Assembly (NCBI RefSeq): GCF_964355755.1
Contig: NC_092677.1
Coordinates: 5,478,101 to 5,542,100 of the forward strand
Reading direction: 5' to 3'
Source of the DNA: Antedon mediterranea
Lineage: Eukaryota; Animalia; Echinodermata
DNA length: 64,000 nucleotides
Part shown: one piece after another, positions 26,901-38,092 of the stretch
How positions within the stretch are numbered: the first letter of the stretch is position 1
How the letters are laid out: the number at the start of each line of letters is the position of its first letter
Made by a program: the position numbers and the translations under genes
Notes under the pieces: generated by a model
Told to the model about the DNA's origin: nothing
What the model saw: only the letters and a program-made list of their open reading frames with translations
Database searches by the model: none

Positions 26901-29900
26901 GCACTATGCATAAAATTGTGGAAGTGGAAATTGTAAAATCAGGAATCGATTACATCGAGAGAATTGATAATAAGGCCTATTATTTGCTGAATAATAAACC
27001 GGGTAGCCGAGTTGTGTTACAGTAGGTCTGTAACTGCTCGCTATCTGTGTCCCGTTAAGACCTGGATGTTGAAAGCTGTTTAAATTGTGTTTCTTAAGTT
27101 GTGGATTTAAAACATTTTACAAGATGTTTAGGCACCGATGGTTATCCTCTATTAATACTAATTAGACCTGTATTTATTTGAATAAGACACCCGCTCTCCT
27201 CCTCCACCCATAAAACACCATTTGGAATCATTCACACAGGCTTCCACATCAGGCACGACCCCCCACCCCTCCACTTTCCCATCTAGTCAACGTTGGTCTC
27301 TAATCCAACGTCCATACACGTCAGTATTGTATTACAACACAATTAGGCCTATTCTATTAGTATAAAATCCATAGACTGCAATATGCCTACCTACAATTTA
27401 CCATGAAGTAAAGATTCTTTTAAAGATTCTTTACTCCATGAATTTACCATGCATTTCTTATCCTCTTATTGTATTAATCATTTTTGTTGTATTTGTTCAT
27501 ATCTACAGGAATCTATTTGATTATAAATGTTACCATATATTACGCCACTCTCGAATAAGCACCCCCTTTAAATAAATGCCGCCAATAACTCATGGATATT
27601 AAAAACCAGATGAACATTTTTAATCTATTTATTATTCTATCTACCGTATTGTTCCTAATAAACGCCCCGCCCCTAATAAACGCCCTCCCTCTTCATTTTT
27701 TGTTCATTTTCTAATTAACACACCTTAGTGCTCAATCTATTATAAACAGAGGATTCTCACCTTTAGAATTGGTTTTCAGCCCGGAAAGTCACATTTTTCA
27801 GCGACTGTGATAACAATGTACGCTAACAGCGTGACAAACATGTAGGCCTACACCGGAGTCGTAGGGTAATTCGCGCGTGTAGGACACTGGATGTTTTTTT
27901 TAATTCGCGACAACATACATCGCTGGTCTTTAAAAATCAGGAAAACAACAGGGATCAGACAATCGCATGTTTATTCACACAACACGGAATTGATACAAGG
28001 CGTCTGGTTCATGAAGACCTTTCAAGTTGTTAGAACTTTTCATCAAGTTGAGGGCGGATGTCAATAAAGGTGCGCGCGACCGTCTGAAGCAACTTGTTTA
28101 GGGTAGGTAGGCCTCATATAGCCTAGGCTCTATTTAAGACTTTTACCTTTCACCCCTAACAAACACGCCCCCCCTTTTTTAAAATGCAACGCCCCGGGGG
28201 CGTTTATTAGGGACAATACGGTATTCATTTTTGCAGGTCATTATAATGTCACATCATTTTTTTTTTTTAATGGTTGTGGTTGTAATTAATTGTAATTGTA
28301 ATTGTAGTAAATAATTTTAATACAACTCAGGTTCAGGATCATCGTACATCGTACCGATTTGTTTTGCCATGGTTGTTGTTGTTGTCTTGACTGTTGTTGT
28401 GATATGTTTACTGCTTTGTAAGTAATGTACCTCTCTAAATTATTACTTTTCTTTTCATGTATTATTATTATTGGCATAGCATTCGCTTAAAGATTATTCT
28501 TGATTTATTACTCTTAAATTTCATATATTCATGGATATTTAGAGCCTGTTCAGACCTACACAGTTAATGGTAATTGGCTTGCCTCTTGTAGTAGTAAACT
28601 ACTATTGTGTATGAAAAAAATTTTTTTTTTTAAACCCATTGCACAACATTTTTAATATTGCTACAATCCAATGTTTTACTGCGAGTGTGATTTAAATAAG
28701 CAATATGAATATAAAATTAATATTAACAATATTTTCATATGTTATTGCTAAAATATTTTCAAAAAATTAGGCATAACTGGTTGGTGGCCTTAGTTGATGC
28801 GTCTGCATATGCAATTAAAATCTGGTAATGGAAAATTTATCAAAATAGCGCACTGTTATTTTTCTTGCTGGCGAGCCTAATAGTATTGAATCACTTTTTT
28901 TCTATTCCATGGTTGTTATATCAATGAAGGCAAGAAGAGACCTAGCAGCAGGTGAGTTTATTTAAGCAGGTTTTAACGATGGCACATGCAAGCGAAATCG
29001 GACATAAGTCGCATGTGTAGATTTGTAGAGACAGCCAAAAACAACAAAAGGCTGAAATATTAAATTTTTTTTTATTTTTACAAAAAATGATAGCTGTTAG
29101 TGTTACAGTATTTATTTACATTACCTTGGTGTTTTTCTATTTCGAGACAAATAAATAAATAAATGTTAACATTTTGTGTGGTATGTTGGTTAAAAAGATG
29201 GTGTAAATTATGTATGATTTTTTTTTTTTTTTATGCTTAAATTGAAAGTGTTTCAGTGGCTTGTTTTTAATGAACATTTTGCATAATAATAGAACAATAG
29301 TTAATTAACAAAGGTGCCAAGTTTCATTGAAATAAAACAATTAGAATACCCTTTTGCTAAGGCATAAACTTAAACGCCCTGTTTATTTTTTTGTATTTGT
29401 CATTTCCTGTTATTTAACTTTAAAACCATCTTTTTCGAAACACTGATTGTAACAGCCAAAATGTTACACTGAGATATCTCTGGAAGTAGACATGGTATGA
29501 AAGATATTTTTCAGCATTTTAAATCTTGCATTATGTAGTTTCTGTATTTTTGAAAATCTCAAATTTGAAAATTCCGACTTATGTCTGATTTCCCTTGATT
29601 GTGCCACATATGCATTGTACAGATAAAATTAAAATAATAACTAGATTTTAATTCGTCATTTTGACGAATTATTGGTGATCTTTGTGATTGAAGATAAAAG
29701 CACAAAAACTGTTGGTTATCCATGCAAACGCAACATGCATGTATCTTAAAATATATAAGGGCAAAAAGTTGATGCGTACCATCTTATTGACCTGAAGTAT
29801 ATACACTAAATTGTGTCTACAGAATGTGTCATATAGAATATGCAGAATATTCTGTATATACTACAGTGAACTTTTTTTTACATGACGTCATCAAAGTAAA

Positions 29901-32900
29901 CATGAATTTTTGAAGATAATTGAACATATTAGAATTTGGAAGAAATGGATTCGTGCTCTTTTAAATGTGTAGAACTATGACAAAAGAGGTGAAAATCATA
30001 CTTTTTAAATTCAGCTGGCCACCATGACGTCACAACATCTGATAGGCACATTTTTTACACAAATTTATATCTACAAATTTAACAGCTTCCATAATAAACA
30101 TAAGGTCGCTTGTTATTCTGATAAGATGTGATAGCTTCAATATACAGTATATAGGTAAAATTATGCGACCCACATTATTCAATTTTGTCGACATGATGTT
30201 TTATCAAATAAAAAACTGTTGTGCTGTAGCCCATGAGAAAGATAATTGCTTGAGCAAAAGCCTATTGAATTAAATGACGAAAGACAAAAAAAAGTTCAGG
30301 GGGCCATGTGAAGATGTCACAAAATGTTGTACTTATTGGCTTTCATAATAAATTTTAAAAAATAGGGGTCACCTTTCATTATGAGGAGCTACAGAAATTT
30401 AAAATTGATTTTACACAACACCTTCAATTAAATTGCCTATTGACAAGCACATGATTTTTTAAGTAAGATATTTTCCACTTGGACTTTATAGAAATGAAAG
30501 GAATTTGGCACAAAAAAATTCAGTGAAAAAACGGAATTTCTTGAAAAAAATGCGTGCACATACATTTTTTTTTTCTTGATCCCTCAACTGAAGTTTATGT
30601 GTAGTGAATTTTGAAATTGAATTGAAATTTATATTTATACTGGGTAACCTCTTCAGTCAAAGACTGGTCTCCCAGAGGGCCCAGTTGGTGATCAGTGGCT
30701 GTGATGTACTAATACACCGGGGTAACCCCCTACTCGTCTCGAAAGATGTACAAGGTTCTTTAAAGTGCACACGAGCTAGATGTGTACACTGGACCTACGG
30801 TTTATAGTCCTTATCCGAGAAGACTCGTTCTACCACCAGAACCATGGAGTGAGTGAGCCTCGAACCCCTGCCGATGTTATGGCTACGTAATTACGGTTCC
30901 ACTGTCTTAACCGCTCGGCCACTCACTCACTAATTTAATTGATATCTGACAAGCAATGATTTATATGGTGATTTTACAAAATAGCAACCTGATGATGTCA
31001 CGGTCATAGCTTACTATGGCCAGGTTTTATTATGGGGAAGATATTGTGAAAACCATTGAGATTGAATTTTTTAAATAATTGGTACACAAAAATCTGTACA
31101 GAAAGAAATCAAAAGAATAAGATTTAAGATCACTTCTATATATAAATTTATGTAAGGGCAAAATTCAGTAAATCGCGCGTTACTTCTAGAATTTTTACTC
31201 GATGGTATACAGTATAATATAAAGTTGTTTCATACTTTTGGTACTGAATTTAACCACCTTACGTAACATTTGTTATTGACAATTAAAACGAATTTAGCTT
31301 CAACGATTTGCTCCAAATAGGGGTGTTTTCTGACCACTGTCTAATGGATGTCTATGCTGAAAATACCCGTATACAATAATATGAGGATGCTTTGCATTTA
31401 CCTATCTCCTTCTAAGATAATTACTTTTGATAGCTGAAAACCGGCTAAACAGCTTGAGTACAGCATCATAATGTTGAAGTCAAATTAAATTTCTTTAAAA
31501 AATACTATTTTAATAGGTTTAATATTCGTTTATACAAATGTATGGATTGGTGATGAATGCAGGTAAATTTATGGGCCCTTGGAGGATAAACTTAAAACCT
31601 TTAGATATAGTATTGCACTACTGTAGTTAGCTATACGGGATTGATAGTTGTTTTAGTATGTTATGTTTTCAATTGATTTGGTTTTATCTTCTTTCTTTTG
31701 CCTTTACACTTCTCTGTATCTAAAACTTTTTTTTTTGTATTTTATTGTTAGCACCTTTCCATTTAAATGAATGCTTATAGTATAGTCTACATTTTTCCAG
31801 GGAAAGTGATTTGCAACTATTTCTTGTAAAATGATCATGATTTTCATTAGAAAATTTAAAATATGATTTAAAGTATTCAGGTACATCTTCATTTAAACAC
31901 TTAAACACTAACGATGATCGTTTGAGATCAAATACATCACAAAGGTTTAACCAACCAAGTGATGTGAACATATCTTTAGAAGGTGTGAGGAAATGTGCAT
32001 TTAATATTAATCTTAAAGTTGATTTAAAGTTTACTGATTAATAAAGGGTTTAAGGATGGAAAGAGTTGCAAATACTTTCTTGGATACTGATTTCACATGG
32101 TCATGCCAAGTTAACTGGTCATCAATAACTACACCAAGACATTTAAATGTATTATCTCTATCTAATTCATAATTATTTACATTAATCTTGAAATCATGGT
32201 CTGATAATCAGCGATTTGTACCCAGAAGCATAATTTTAGTTTTCTCAATATTTATATTTGAATTTATTCTTTTTTATCCAATGGCAGATGTTTTGGATAT
32301 CTTCAGACATGGAATTTTCAATATTGCAAACATGTTTGTCAGCAATAGATAATGTGGTATCATCAGCAAACAATGATATACTGCCATGAGAAATTACTTG
32401 TGAAAGATCATTTATAAAAATAAGAAAAAATAGAGGTCCTAAAATTGAACCTTGGGGTACACCTACCGATAAATTCATTGGTTCAGATATCTTACCATTA
32501 AAGAATACACTTTGTTGTCTATTTGATAATATGATTTAAACCATTGAAGAGCATGTGATGAACAACCTATATTTTTAACCTTTTCTAATAAAATGGCATG
32601 ATTAACAGTGTTAAATGCCTTTCTCAGGTCTATAAAGGCAATACCTGTAAGTTTACCCTCATAAATATTTTTTAACCAATTGTCAGTCATTTGAATCAAT
32701 GATGTTTCTGTTGAATGACATTTTCTGAAACCAGATTGATTATTATCTAAAATATTAAAATAACTTAAAAAATCATAAAGATGCTTGTGTACAGCTTTTT
32801 CAATACATTTACTAACACATGATAGTCTTTCAGAAGTAATAATTCCCAGGGTGCTACATCTATGAATTACCATGTCTATATATTCGATCCTGTAAACGAC

Positions 32901-35900
32901 ACCAGTTTTTTACGCTGAAATTACTATGTGTATTCGAGAACCATCTGTGGGTACGAACTAGATGGTACGAGAGTGAAGCAAGCGTACCATCTAGAATACT
33001 AATAATATTATTTCATAAAACCTCATTTATAACATACTCTATTGTATTGTGGTAATTCTACAGAAGTAGTAATAGTACTGAAGAAAATCTGGAGTTGAAC
33101 AATTTACCAGAACACCAAGGAACATCTGGTGGAAATGCAGAAAATGTTTCTAAATATGAAGGTAAACTTAGCCATTATTATCTTTAATAACATACAGTAG
33201 ATAAAAACTTTTGAAAACCATGTGTTTAATTCCCCTACATTTTATAAATTAAGGGTTATCCTTTTCACATTTGCTCACCATCTATTATTGAGACCACTTT
33301 ATTTGTATTTTCTTTTTAGTGGTTGAGAAAGATTATTTAGAGAGTATATTTAGGAAATAGATCGGCCATCTTGTAATTCTTTAACATATACAATTATAAA
33401 TTTAATTATTCATGATTTCTGCCTTAACCTGATATAAAAATCATAAATTTAAGGCAGAAATCATGAATAATGCATGATCTTAATTCTATTTTCACTAATT
33501 TGGTCTCACCTAAAAGTGGTCTCAACATATTAAACATGAAATGTGGAAACCTGCAAAGGACAGTAGTCTAGCCTAATTACAGTTTATGAATAGCATTCAC
33601 CTTTGATTTTGGTTATAAACGAATTATAAAAGTGAATTAAGACAAAAATAGTGACTTTGAGATACATTTATTGTTTTACCTAATTTTGCCAAATACCATA
33701 CTGTTTGGTATCGTTAGATAGATTTCACTTCAGAGCTGTTACAATGTTTAAGAATGCGCCATCTGTGTCAAATGTATAGTTTGATTAATTATTCTACTAC
33801 ACACAATTTATATTGCAATAACTAAAATCATAATAAAAAAGAGATGTTAGACGTTAACAAGCTTCTTCATCTTGTCTTTTTTATGTCAACCGGTAGAGAA
33901 TTGCATAAGGACTAAAAACTGATCTATGGCAATATGATTTTGGACAAAATTGATTTTGGTGGGAACCCTTTAAACTTGTTCTAAGTTCACTGTAGTAATA
34001 GTGCAAATATTCGATTTTCCGTGCTTCTTTTAAATATGACATACAGAGCTAAAGCCAATGGAAACTAATTTCTTCTGAGCTGTGGAAGGATTAAATTGGA
34101 TCGTCCTGAATGTATTGTAATTTTGCACAGTATTTTATAGGTTTCGAAATAAAAAGGTGTGTCAGTTGTTCGTAATTAGACCAAATTTAACATTGAAATT
34201 ATTGAAAGACATATTATGCTGTACCCAAAAAAAACATAATATACATATGATTTTGAACAGTATATATAGCAATTATACCATATACCGTAAAACATTTTTA
34301 GTACTCTCAGGTGGTCTTCGAGATAGGCTTTACCTGCCAATTTTCAATATTGTGATCAAAATACAATTTTAAGCTGTAAAAGGGATGTACGATATAATTC
34401 GATCATACATTATATCTGTATCATTCGGGCATTAAATCACGTTGTTACTTTGATATTCAAATAGGCTATCTTGAAAAGACCACTTGAAAATAAGCATAGT
34501 GGGCTTGATTTCGAGGGTGCTTCTTTTTTTAGATGTGTGCTTTTCAAAATTAATCTCGGGCTTCTTTTCAAGGTTTTACGGTATATTTATTTATTTGAAA
34601 ATGAGGAAAAGATTACTGCTAATGTACATTGTTGAAACAGATTCAGAATTTGCTGCAAAGATACCATAGTGATTTGACAATCAATTCTGTGTCATCTTTT
34701 CATATATAGTTTTTATTGCAAATAATAACTTTGCATTTTGTGACATACAAGTCCTGTAAGTGTAATGCAGTAGACTATGATATGTTCATAAAATAGGCCG
34801 GCTGTTCCAACTTTGCTTTATCAATAATGTTCCCATATAGTTATTATTAAATTGTTTGCTCTCATAGCTATAACTTGTCTAAGACTATTTTATGTATTAT
34901 TTTTGTTTTTTCAGACAAAAATGAAATGTAATGGTATTTGATGATTTTTTTTTCAAGAATTGAATGTGCATTTACTGAAAAAAAACTATGCTTATGATTT
35001 ACTTGATCAAATATTTATTATTATATTTAAATAGGAATTAATTTAAAACTACACAACACAAAATGTTTTGTATGTGTAAAAACATAGTTAATACAAGAAT
35101 GGCTTTATCATTATAATATTCAGTATTCATTTATCAATGGTCAAACACAGTAAAATATGTACATGGTTTGAAATTGAATTGAATTTTCTTTCCAGTTAAG
35201 TTTATCATCAATTATTGTATCTAAATATGTATGATGTTTTACAATCTCATGTTTTACAATCTCAACCTTATCATTCATAATTGTCAGCTCACTGTGGTTT
35301 TTATAATAATACTGTATACCATTTTCCTTTCAACATGTTACTGTTGCTAGCCTACTTTTCTTGCTGTATTTTACCATGATGTATCTTCACTGTGTGATAT
35401 TTGAATTTTTTCTGCTATCTTTTGCCATATATTAAACAGGTTTCTTCATTGCTGGTTTATTTTTGTCACTGTCTTCTACAATGCATTGATATTACCCATA
35501 TTTACATTCTTTTTCATACAATTCATTTTCATTACAGATATGCCATTAGTCATACACTGTATTACAGTATACAAAATCAGTGTGAATTCATTCTGCTGTT
35601 GTTGTTAAGTAAGTTAGGAAAGGAAAAGTATGATTAGAAGTAAACAGTGAAATTTTAACACAAAAGATTTCATAATTTCCAACTATTTGTTCATTTTAAT
35701 ATAAATATAATAATCCTATACAGTATATTGTATGTGTTTTCCTGATGAATATTAAAGCAATTGAGTTTAGATTACATTAAGAGTTTCATCAAAACATTAT
35801 ACAGGTAAAATATTATAACTGAAAACATGAATTAATATTATTATAATCCTCATTTAATTATATTATATTTTAAGTATATTGTATTGTGGTAACCTTACAG

Positions 35901-37146
35901 AAGTGGTAATACAAGTGGTAAAAAGGGCAATAGAATAGATGATACTGACAGTGTACATGCCCCTGTTGAACCTAAAGCTGATCATGAATCTAGGAACAGT
36001 GCAGAGGTTGGCTATACGTATTTGTTATTACAGTACTTAAAAATAAAATATTTAGAAATAAAAAGCTGATAGTTGTAGAAATTATTTTTGTTTTATACAC
36101 ATCCACATTATGTAAATAATTTATTTGTTGTTTTTTTACTTGGATTTCAATTTAAGCCACTGCCGTTTTATTAGTTTAAAAAAGTGAAATTTTATTCAAA
36201 TAATAATCACTAAATTTATGGTGGTGTATGAACAAAATGTGAACATGCCATAAATGTTGATAAAAGAGTAGTTATATATTTATCCATGTACAGAAATTCA
36301 AATAAGACTGAATCAACTTTATAAGAATGAAACACTATATATATTTTTTCTTTCAAAGACAAATCCTGATGATGAAGATGAAACTACTAAACCTTTATTG
36401 GAAAATGTAAAGAAATTAAATACTATTGAAGAGGAAGGTAAACACCGTTTAAAAAAAAATAAGATACAAACTGTTACAAAGTTTAATGTTATGTTTTGTT
36501 TTTTTTTAATGTTTTTTGTTCATTTATCAAATATTCTTAATTACATTAAATATATTTCATTTTACCGAATGGACTTTTTTTCCATTGCATGAATATAAAA
36601 GCATTCATTATTTGTTTTTATAACACAATTAATTCACTGCTAAACCAAGGCCTAAACCATGTGAAAATGCAGCCTTCAATGTTGGACACGGGGTAGAACA
36701 ATTATAGACGACGTAAGGGCAAAATTATAGTAAACAATGTTGGTACATACTTTTGGTACTGATTTTAACTACCTACTGTAACCCTCTCAGTATGTTATAT
36801 TTTGCATGACATAGATATACTGTATTTATTCAAATAAATGATACCTCCCCCCCCCCTCCTAATAGACACCACCCACATAACTTTATTTTTTTCCTCAAAT
36901 AAACACCCAGCCACATGCATACAGTATTGTATTATAACATTTAGGCCAAGCCCCAGAAACCTATATAAATATACATACTGTAATAACAGGAATGATCTCC
37001 CACTAAAATAACAGATGTGACAGTCTTGTCTATTCATATGTTTATTTTGCTTTGCGTTTCTAGAAAATTCAACTAAAGAGCAAGCAAGACGGAATTGTTT
37101 TGATAAAAAATCATTTTTTAACCAAAAAATAGATAAATCGGATTAA
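2964..37146 (+). CDS. Type I membrane immunoglobulin-superfamily receptor/adhesion protein (V-type + I-set + short Ig-like repeats + TM + acidic tail), multi-exon
   Basis: Phase-consistent GT-AG exons: 2964-3006 (MHLHIVILLVLTKY, joining VVHG|QLV as signal peptide), 20000-20338 (V-type: ITCNYS..IKW..RFTL..ASLVM..FQCQI), 20445-20753 (VTFTC..ITWYKDG..LKIKSATEEDGGRYTC), 20999-21052, 21990-22214, 26354-26569, 28331-28417 (TM), 28930-28951 (CKKRPSSR), 33064-33161. Then either 34915-34931 (stop, ~469 aa) or 34915-34927/35901-36006/36359-36437/37064-37146 (~557 aa). A probable 5'UTR exon ends at the CAG|GTAAGT donor at 2568. Confidence 0.75.
3212..10403 (+). mobile_element. Nested cluster of five non-autonomous Helentron/Helitron2-like (HINE/DINE-1-like) elements
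   Basis: Five 5' ends TT(A/G)GTTATCCGC (approx. 3212, 3282, 3350, 3924, 5821). Five 3' ends GCGGATAAC + hairpin AACTCGTCAAAGTGACGAGTT + CTAGT (ending 3924, 5813, 7408, 8899, 10403). Homologous bodies up to 1.5-1.9 kb, no TSD, T-rich insertion sites. Confidence 0.8.
4049..4640 (+). repeat. About 300-bp tandem duplication inside one Helentron-like copy
   Basis: AAAGTTAACATTTTATAACTTTGTCAACATATGGGCAATC... starts at approx. 4049 and again at approx. 4352, nearly identical. Confidence 0.85.
10430..11340 (+). mobile_element. Decayed RTE-clade LINE endonuclease (APE) fragment, split by a SINE
   Basis: Frameshifted translation gives FIYSG..VGLII..YWPGSDRILIIKL..AKPFN..CILGDFN, then (after the SINE) VG..VGKYGLGIRDDRGDLL, typical of RTE/BovB endonuclease. 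Confidence 0.7.
10856..11168 (-). mobile_element. tRNA-derived SINE (Meta-like core), copy 1
   Basis: Minus-strand head GAGTGGCCGAGCGGTTAAG (A box) and GGTTCGAGGC (B box); short TCAA-type tail; near-identical to 30607-30928; TAAT on both sides. Confidence 0.85.
11447..12866. mobile_element. Composite non-autonomous DNA element with duplicated ends (Harbinger-like)
   Basis: Left end GTGTTTATACAACACCC occurs at approx. 11453 and 12017. An internal block at approx. 11888-12013 recurs at 12594-12720. Right end GTGTTGTATAAACGCGCCC occurs twice (approx. 12773-12792 and 12846-12864). Confidence 0.55.
14327..17637 (+). pseudogene. Academ transposase/XPG-nuclease gene, spliced and disrupted
   Basis: Exons 14327-14530, 14664-15126, 15498-17637. 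Motifs DLHAADAIYHRQC, DLAIEQTLMRSVKSTGGLTRG, IDPGLLFQR, FDGG, VVFDGY, GDADVLI, GEDTDL, HALTGCDTTS..GVGKK, LPPT, WGW, CNCKTGC..RCGCRR..CTSTC. Frameshift near 16190; apparent in-frame loss of the central region at approx. 15626 (..NDLV|NYLRS..). Confidence 0.8.
15183..15440 (-). mobile_element. Diverged SINE (CORE/Deu-like) in an Academ intron
   Basis: CCATTTATACACCTGGATGAAGAGGGACA..AAGTTCCTTGTTTAAGGAAAC resembles the reverse strand of CORE-type SINE bodies; degenerate tRNA-like end near 15400-15440. Confidence 0.5.
19522..19665. mobile_element. Short Kolobok-like MITE, same family as 49259-49773
   Basis: AGATGTATTGTCCCCTT...AAGGGGAACAATATATCT|TTAA inverted ends. Confidence 0.5.
20000..20753 (+). 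CDS. Ig receptor exons encoding the V-type domain and the I-set/C2 domain
   Basis: Canonical Ig Cys-Trp-Cys pattern, with DxGxYxC (DGGRYTC) in the second domain. Phase-1 splice sites at 20000/20338 and 20445/20753. Confidence 0.9.
21990..22214 (+). CDS. Short Ig-like exon, copy 1
   Basis: DIHITFTSEDGLATCTAEGHPKPSSV..LTCYAENG; phase 1-1; near-identical to 26354-26569. Confidence 0.8.
23608..24108. mobile_element. P-element-like MITE nested in the Kolobok-like element
   Basis: Perfect 32-bp TIR CAAAGAACTTATAACACAAGAATCTCCTGTTC, CA..TG ends, 7-bp TSD GTTTGAC (23601-23607, 24109-24115). Confidence 0.8.
23742..24002 (+). repeat. Three tandem copies of an 85-90 bp unit inside the P-like MITE
   Basis: AGTCAATTACTCTA..CCCTAGAGTATTAGCAGAT..GATGCGGGCGCCCTACTCC repeated three times with no spacers. 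Confidence 0.9.
24968..25835 (-). mobile_element. 5'-truncated CR1/L2-group LINE (C-terminus of RT ORF and 3'UTR)
   Basis: ORF 25370-25810: SYCNIV..LQIIQKKAIRII..HSSHLFSKLNLLKL..HNYPTR..FSKKLK. Minus-strand AATAAA followed by a TTTGAA-type tail near 24970-24993. Confidence 0.8.
26354..26569 (+). CDS. Short Ig-like exon, copy 2
   Basis: DITVTFTSEDGLATCTAEGHPKPSSV..LTCYAENE; phase 1-1; same acceptor context as 21990. Confidence 0.8.
27644..28221. mobile_element. Tc1/mariner (pogo-like) MITE
   Basis: TA|CCGTATTGTTCCTAATAAACGCCCC...GGGGCGTTTATTAGGGACAATACGG|TA. Confidence 0.85.
28331..28417 (+). CDS. Transmembrane exon of the Ig receptor
   Basis: CAG|G..CTTT|GTAAGT boundaries. Encodes GSGSSYIVPICFAMVVVVVLTVVVICLLL and is followed in frame by a 22-nt exon (28930-28951) giving the basic stop-transfer CKKR. 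Not in the ORF track. Confidence 0.8.
28980..29608. mobile_element. MITE with about 32-bp TIRs, superfamily unassigned
   Basis: TGGCACATGCAAGCGAAATCGGACATAAGTCG vs CGACTTATGTCTGATTTCCCTTGATTGTGCCA. Confidence 0.65.
29640..31120 (-). mobile_element. Old diverged copy of the Helentron-like family, interrupted by a SINE
   Basis: The minus strand ends AATTCGTCAAAATGACGAATT..CTAGT, preceded by CATGTTGCGTTTGCATGGATAACC, matching the 3' ends at 3881-3924 and 10360-10403. Similarity to the 5' T-rich part near 31085-31120. Confidence 0.6.
30607..30928 (-). mobile_element. tRNA-derived SINE (Meta-like core), copy 2
   Basis: Only a few substitutions relative to 10856-11168; same A/B boxes; TTCAA-like tail. 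Confidence 0.85.
31640..32822 (-). mobile_element. Decayed CR1/L2-group LINE reverse transcriptase fragment
   Basis: Frameshifted ORFs: NQSGFRKCHSTET, FIDLRKAFNTVNH, GVPQGSILGPLFF, FADDTT. Confidence 0.9.
33260..33550. repeat. Foldback/palindromic MITE-like element
   Basis: TTGAGACCACTTT vs AAAGTGGTCTCAA, plus an internal perfect hairpin TTATTCATGATTTCTGCCTTAA..TTAAGGCAGAAATCATGAATAA (approx. 33406-33470). Confidence 0.5.
34285..34581. mobile_element. Tc1/mariner (pogo-like) MITE
   Basis: TA|CCGTAAAAC...GTTTTACGG|TA. Confidence 0.6.
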
Positions 37147-38024
37147 AAAAATCTAGGAAATGCTACTGAAGGTAAACTTTAAAATATCTTTAACACTTTT
37201 TTATACATAAACGGTGGAATATGAAGTTTAATGTTATGCTTGTTTTTGTTTTTTTGTCTTGTGTGGGTTTGACCCACCTTTATTATAATACTCTGTTAAA
37301 ATATTATATTTGTAAGCATATTTTTTCTTCTCATTTTAATGTTACGTTAAAAGTAGTTAAAATATAAATTAAAATATATTAAATAAGTAACAAAATGGCA
37401 ATAAAAAGACGATAAAAATTGATTAAAAACGTACTATTGACAGTTGTCATTATTCTATAATGTTCGTGTTCGTGTAGAGAGGCTATAAACTCAGGGGAGG
37501 AATATAAAATACCCTCTTTTTTCACCAAGACAAAAATGGATGAGATGAGTAAGAAGAATGCAAAAGTTTGAAAATAAGATAGTTAGAATGGAATGATCTC
37601 TTAATGGAAACCGTAAGGTTAGAGTCCGTACACTGTCCAGGTCCAAGATATTATTTTGGCTCTGTGTGTATGTGCGACGCTTCATACCCGGATTGAATCT
37701 TTTTTTTTTTAAAGTATAAAAAAAAAAAAAAACTTTATACATCAATATTAAAATATTTGTATATCTATTCAATTCAATATATATATACATATATATATTA
37801 CATAGCCTATGCAAATACGTGAACATGATTGGTTGAAACTGCATCACATGACTACTGCTGCGAGGTTCGTAAATCGTATATTTCCTCTAATTTTCGCGTC
37901 ATTATCGTGTCCCTGTCATTTAAACATATAAAATCCAGTAAATTCTCAAGTACGATTATATTGACTGTGTAATTTTCGTGTGGCAACATTCGCGTTTGGC
38001 GATAAATAAACAAAAGTCGTCTAC

Positions 38025-38092
38025 TGAGACTTGAACTCGCAAAGATTAGTCCACATCATCACGAGACAACGTTTTACCCGCTGCACCACCTA
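38025..38092 (-). mobile_element. tRNA-derived (SINE head-like) segment
   Basis: Minus strand GGTGGTGCAGCGGGTAAAACG..GAGTTCAAGTCTC has A- and B-box-like motifs but no full cloverleaf. Confidence 0.4.

Noticed and set aside
27509-27558. Alternative terminal exon giving a secreted Ig isoform (GIYLIINVTIYYATLE-stop)
   Set aside because: The acceptor is plausible, but the sequence runs into a mariner-like remnant and there is no independent support.
28771-28929. Apparent frameshifted TM exon (SALLFFLLASLIVL / ITFFLF), suggesting the Ig gene is a pseudogene
   Set aside because: An intact TM exon exists at 28331-28417 and an in-frame canonical 22-nt exon at 28930-28951. The hydrophobic reading comes from T-rich intron sequence.
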